This document shows positions 7,794-9,313 of a stretch of DNA of 9,313 nucleotides, in pieces. How positions within the stretch are numbered: the stretch's first letter is position 1; each line of letters starts with the position of its first letter. The notes under the pieces are model-generated. The model was given only the letters and a program-made list of their open reading frames with translations. It had not been told where the DNA came from and made no database searches. The stretch is from Paraspadella gotoi. Its lineage: Eukaryota > Animalia > Chaetognatha. The stretch is from contig JBJCIZ010001488.1 in NCBI GenBank assembly GCA_051294375.1, positions 1-9,313 on the forward strand. The letters are read 5' to 3'. Position numbers and translations under genes: made by a program.

Positions 7794-8274
7794 GCCTATC
7801 TCCTCCGCTACGCTGTTGTAAATATTAAATAGTAAATCTTATACATATTGTCTCCACATGATCTATTATTCAAGGCGCCCCTCTTATCCATTCTCCTCCA
7901 ATTTTAAGTTAAAATATTTCAGCAAAAGATGTTTTTCGTTCTTTTATGGTGGCGATGGTCGGCGCTTATCTCGCTATCTAGATTATGTCGCTCTGCCCTT
8001 AAAAAGAAAATCCCGGAAAAAACGAAAGCGGTTTCTGATAATTTTGGTTCCTAGCCAATTTTTGGGCACCAGTAGCGCAGTAAATATTACAAAACCATGG
8101 ATGATTTCTAAAACTGCAGTGTTTGGGCTATCCAACGCCGCCCGGAACAAAAAAAATCCATAAAGTCTTGACTAAAAAATAATGAGAGTCTCAACTCTTA
8201 ACTACATCAATTATTGATTTCATAAGATCACAGAGATGGAACTTTGTAAGATATAAAAAGAAAAAAAGCATAAT

Positions 8275-8560
8275 AAATTAGTGAAACAGGTTTTTTTGTT
8301 TTTTCCAATTTCAACTCATTCTCCACTCAAACGATTCCTCGAAAACTTGATTTTCCCGGCTTAAATCCACACCACTTTCCTACCCACATACAAAATTTCA
8401 ATTCAATCGCCTCGTCCACTCATAGGTAATTGACGTTCAAATAGTGAAATAAATTTTTTTGTTTTTTCCATTTAAACTCATTTCCACTCGGACGATTCAT
8501 CGAAACTTCATATCCAGAAATCACACACTTCCCTACCCACACACAAAATTTATTCCAATC
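8275..8560 (+). repeat. Two diverged tandem copies of a ~125-bp unit
   Basis: 8275-8408 and 8439-8560 share, in order, TAGTGAAA, TTTTTTTGTTTTTTCCA, AACTCATT, TCCACTC, ACGATTC, TCGAAA, CCTACCCACA, ACAAAATTT and CAATC. Confidence 0.85.
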
Positions 8561-8601
8561 CATCCTTCCAATCACGAGTAATTGGAGTTTTTTGCTAAGG
8601 T

Positions 8602-8650
8602 GGACAAACAGACAGACGGACGGATCCAACGGACGGACGGACGACGGACA
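8602..8650 (+). repeat. Compound (GACA)n/(GACG)n tetranucleotide microsatellite
   Basis: GGACAAACAGACAGACGGACGGA...ACGGACGGACGGACGACGGACA. Confidence 0.85.
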
Positions 8651-9313
8651 ATCTTTTTTTGCATAAATTATCATAATTTCGATATTCCGACGTGATATAT
8701 GTGAATGCCCGACAAGATGAGGGGGCGGACGACAAACGTGAATTATAGAGTCTGGATCTAAAAAAAATGGAGTATGACTAACTCAATAATTAACATTTTT
8801 ATAAAAATCATTAACCTCATTACACTTTTATTTTGTTTTGTTTGTAGTCGAAGTTTTCGCTCATAATCTTTACGATGTTCTTCCTTATTGTATGTACTAA
8901 ATAAAACTATGTTGAATTTACGAATAACTCGTAAATTGATAAATATAATATAGATTTATTATTGAGCCGAGATTGAGGAGGACAATGTTCTACGTTTCTA
9001 CTTAGTTCACTTGATTATTGTATTCATACTGTTGCGGGTTTTTCTCTCAATTAAAACAAACGCTATACAGTAGGCCTTTTTTCCATCTTTGTTTTTTGAA
9101 AACTCGATCAATAAGTGCTTGCAACTCTTCAAAATTTTTTTCATTAAAAAAGATATATATCTTAAAAAATATCCAGTCAGATCAAAATTACCTGCGTCAA
9201 CTTAAAGAGCGGAAAAAAATACTTCATTTTACATACTTTATTTTTAAAAATCCAAAAAATACTTTTCCATTATTGATGTTTAAAAAAACCGAAATTCTCG
9301 GCATTTTTAAGTG

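Larger units (their letters stand above)
8275..8756 (-). mobile_element. Non-autonomous Helitron-like element (Lep1/DINE-like architecture), 3' end not defined
   Basis: Minus strand begins A|TCCAGACTCTATAATTCACG, matching a Helitron 5'-TC after a host A. It is followed by a GTCC/GTCT microsatellite and GATTG..AAATTTTG blocks. This layout resembles microsatellite-bearing rolling-circle elements of invertebrates. Confidence 0.5.

Noticed and set aside
7858-8163. 101-aa ORF
   Set aside because: No recognisable motif and composition like background, so it cannot be supported.
8420-8674. 84-aa ORF
   Set aside because: It runs through the microsatellite and repeat of the Helitron-like element.

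Overview
This is a very AT-rich, eukaryotic-looking window; composition and repeat types suggest an invertebrate, possibly a nematode (inference only). I can find no recognisable conserved protein-coding gene. The long ORFs in the track are artefacts of a 1.65-kb purine-skewed block made of (GA)n, a G/A polypurine tract and an AATAG/AATTG/AATAC array. The best-supported elements are: (1) a ~150-bp tRNA-derived, Pol III-type SINE-like element at 391-545 with a refolded tRNA head and a compact, heavily paired and possibly pseudoknotted 3' domain; (2) two copies of the AATAG-family array that share a right-hand boundary; (3) a MITE-like element with 17-bp inverted ends at 4595-4732; (4) a non-autonomous Helitron-like element with a GACA/GACG microsatellite and an internal duplication at about 8275-8756. 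Several GC-rich islands end in minus-strand GTAAGT donors and can be joined into a speculative phase-consistent orphan gene model. The most interesting lead is the structured 3' domain of the tRNA-derived element, a candidate ribozyme or novel structured RNA.
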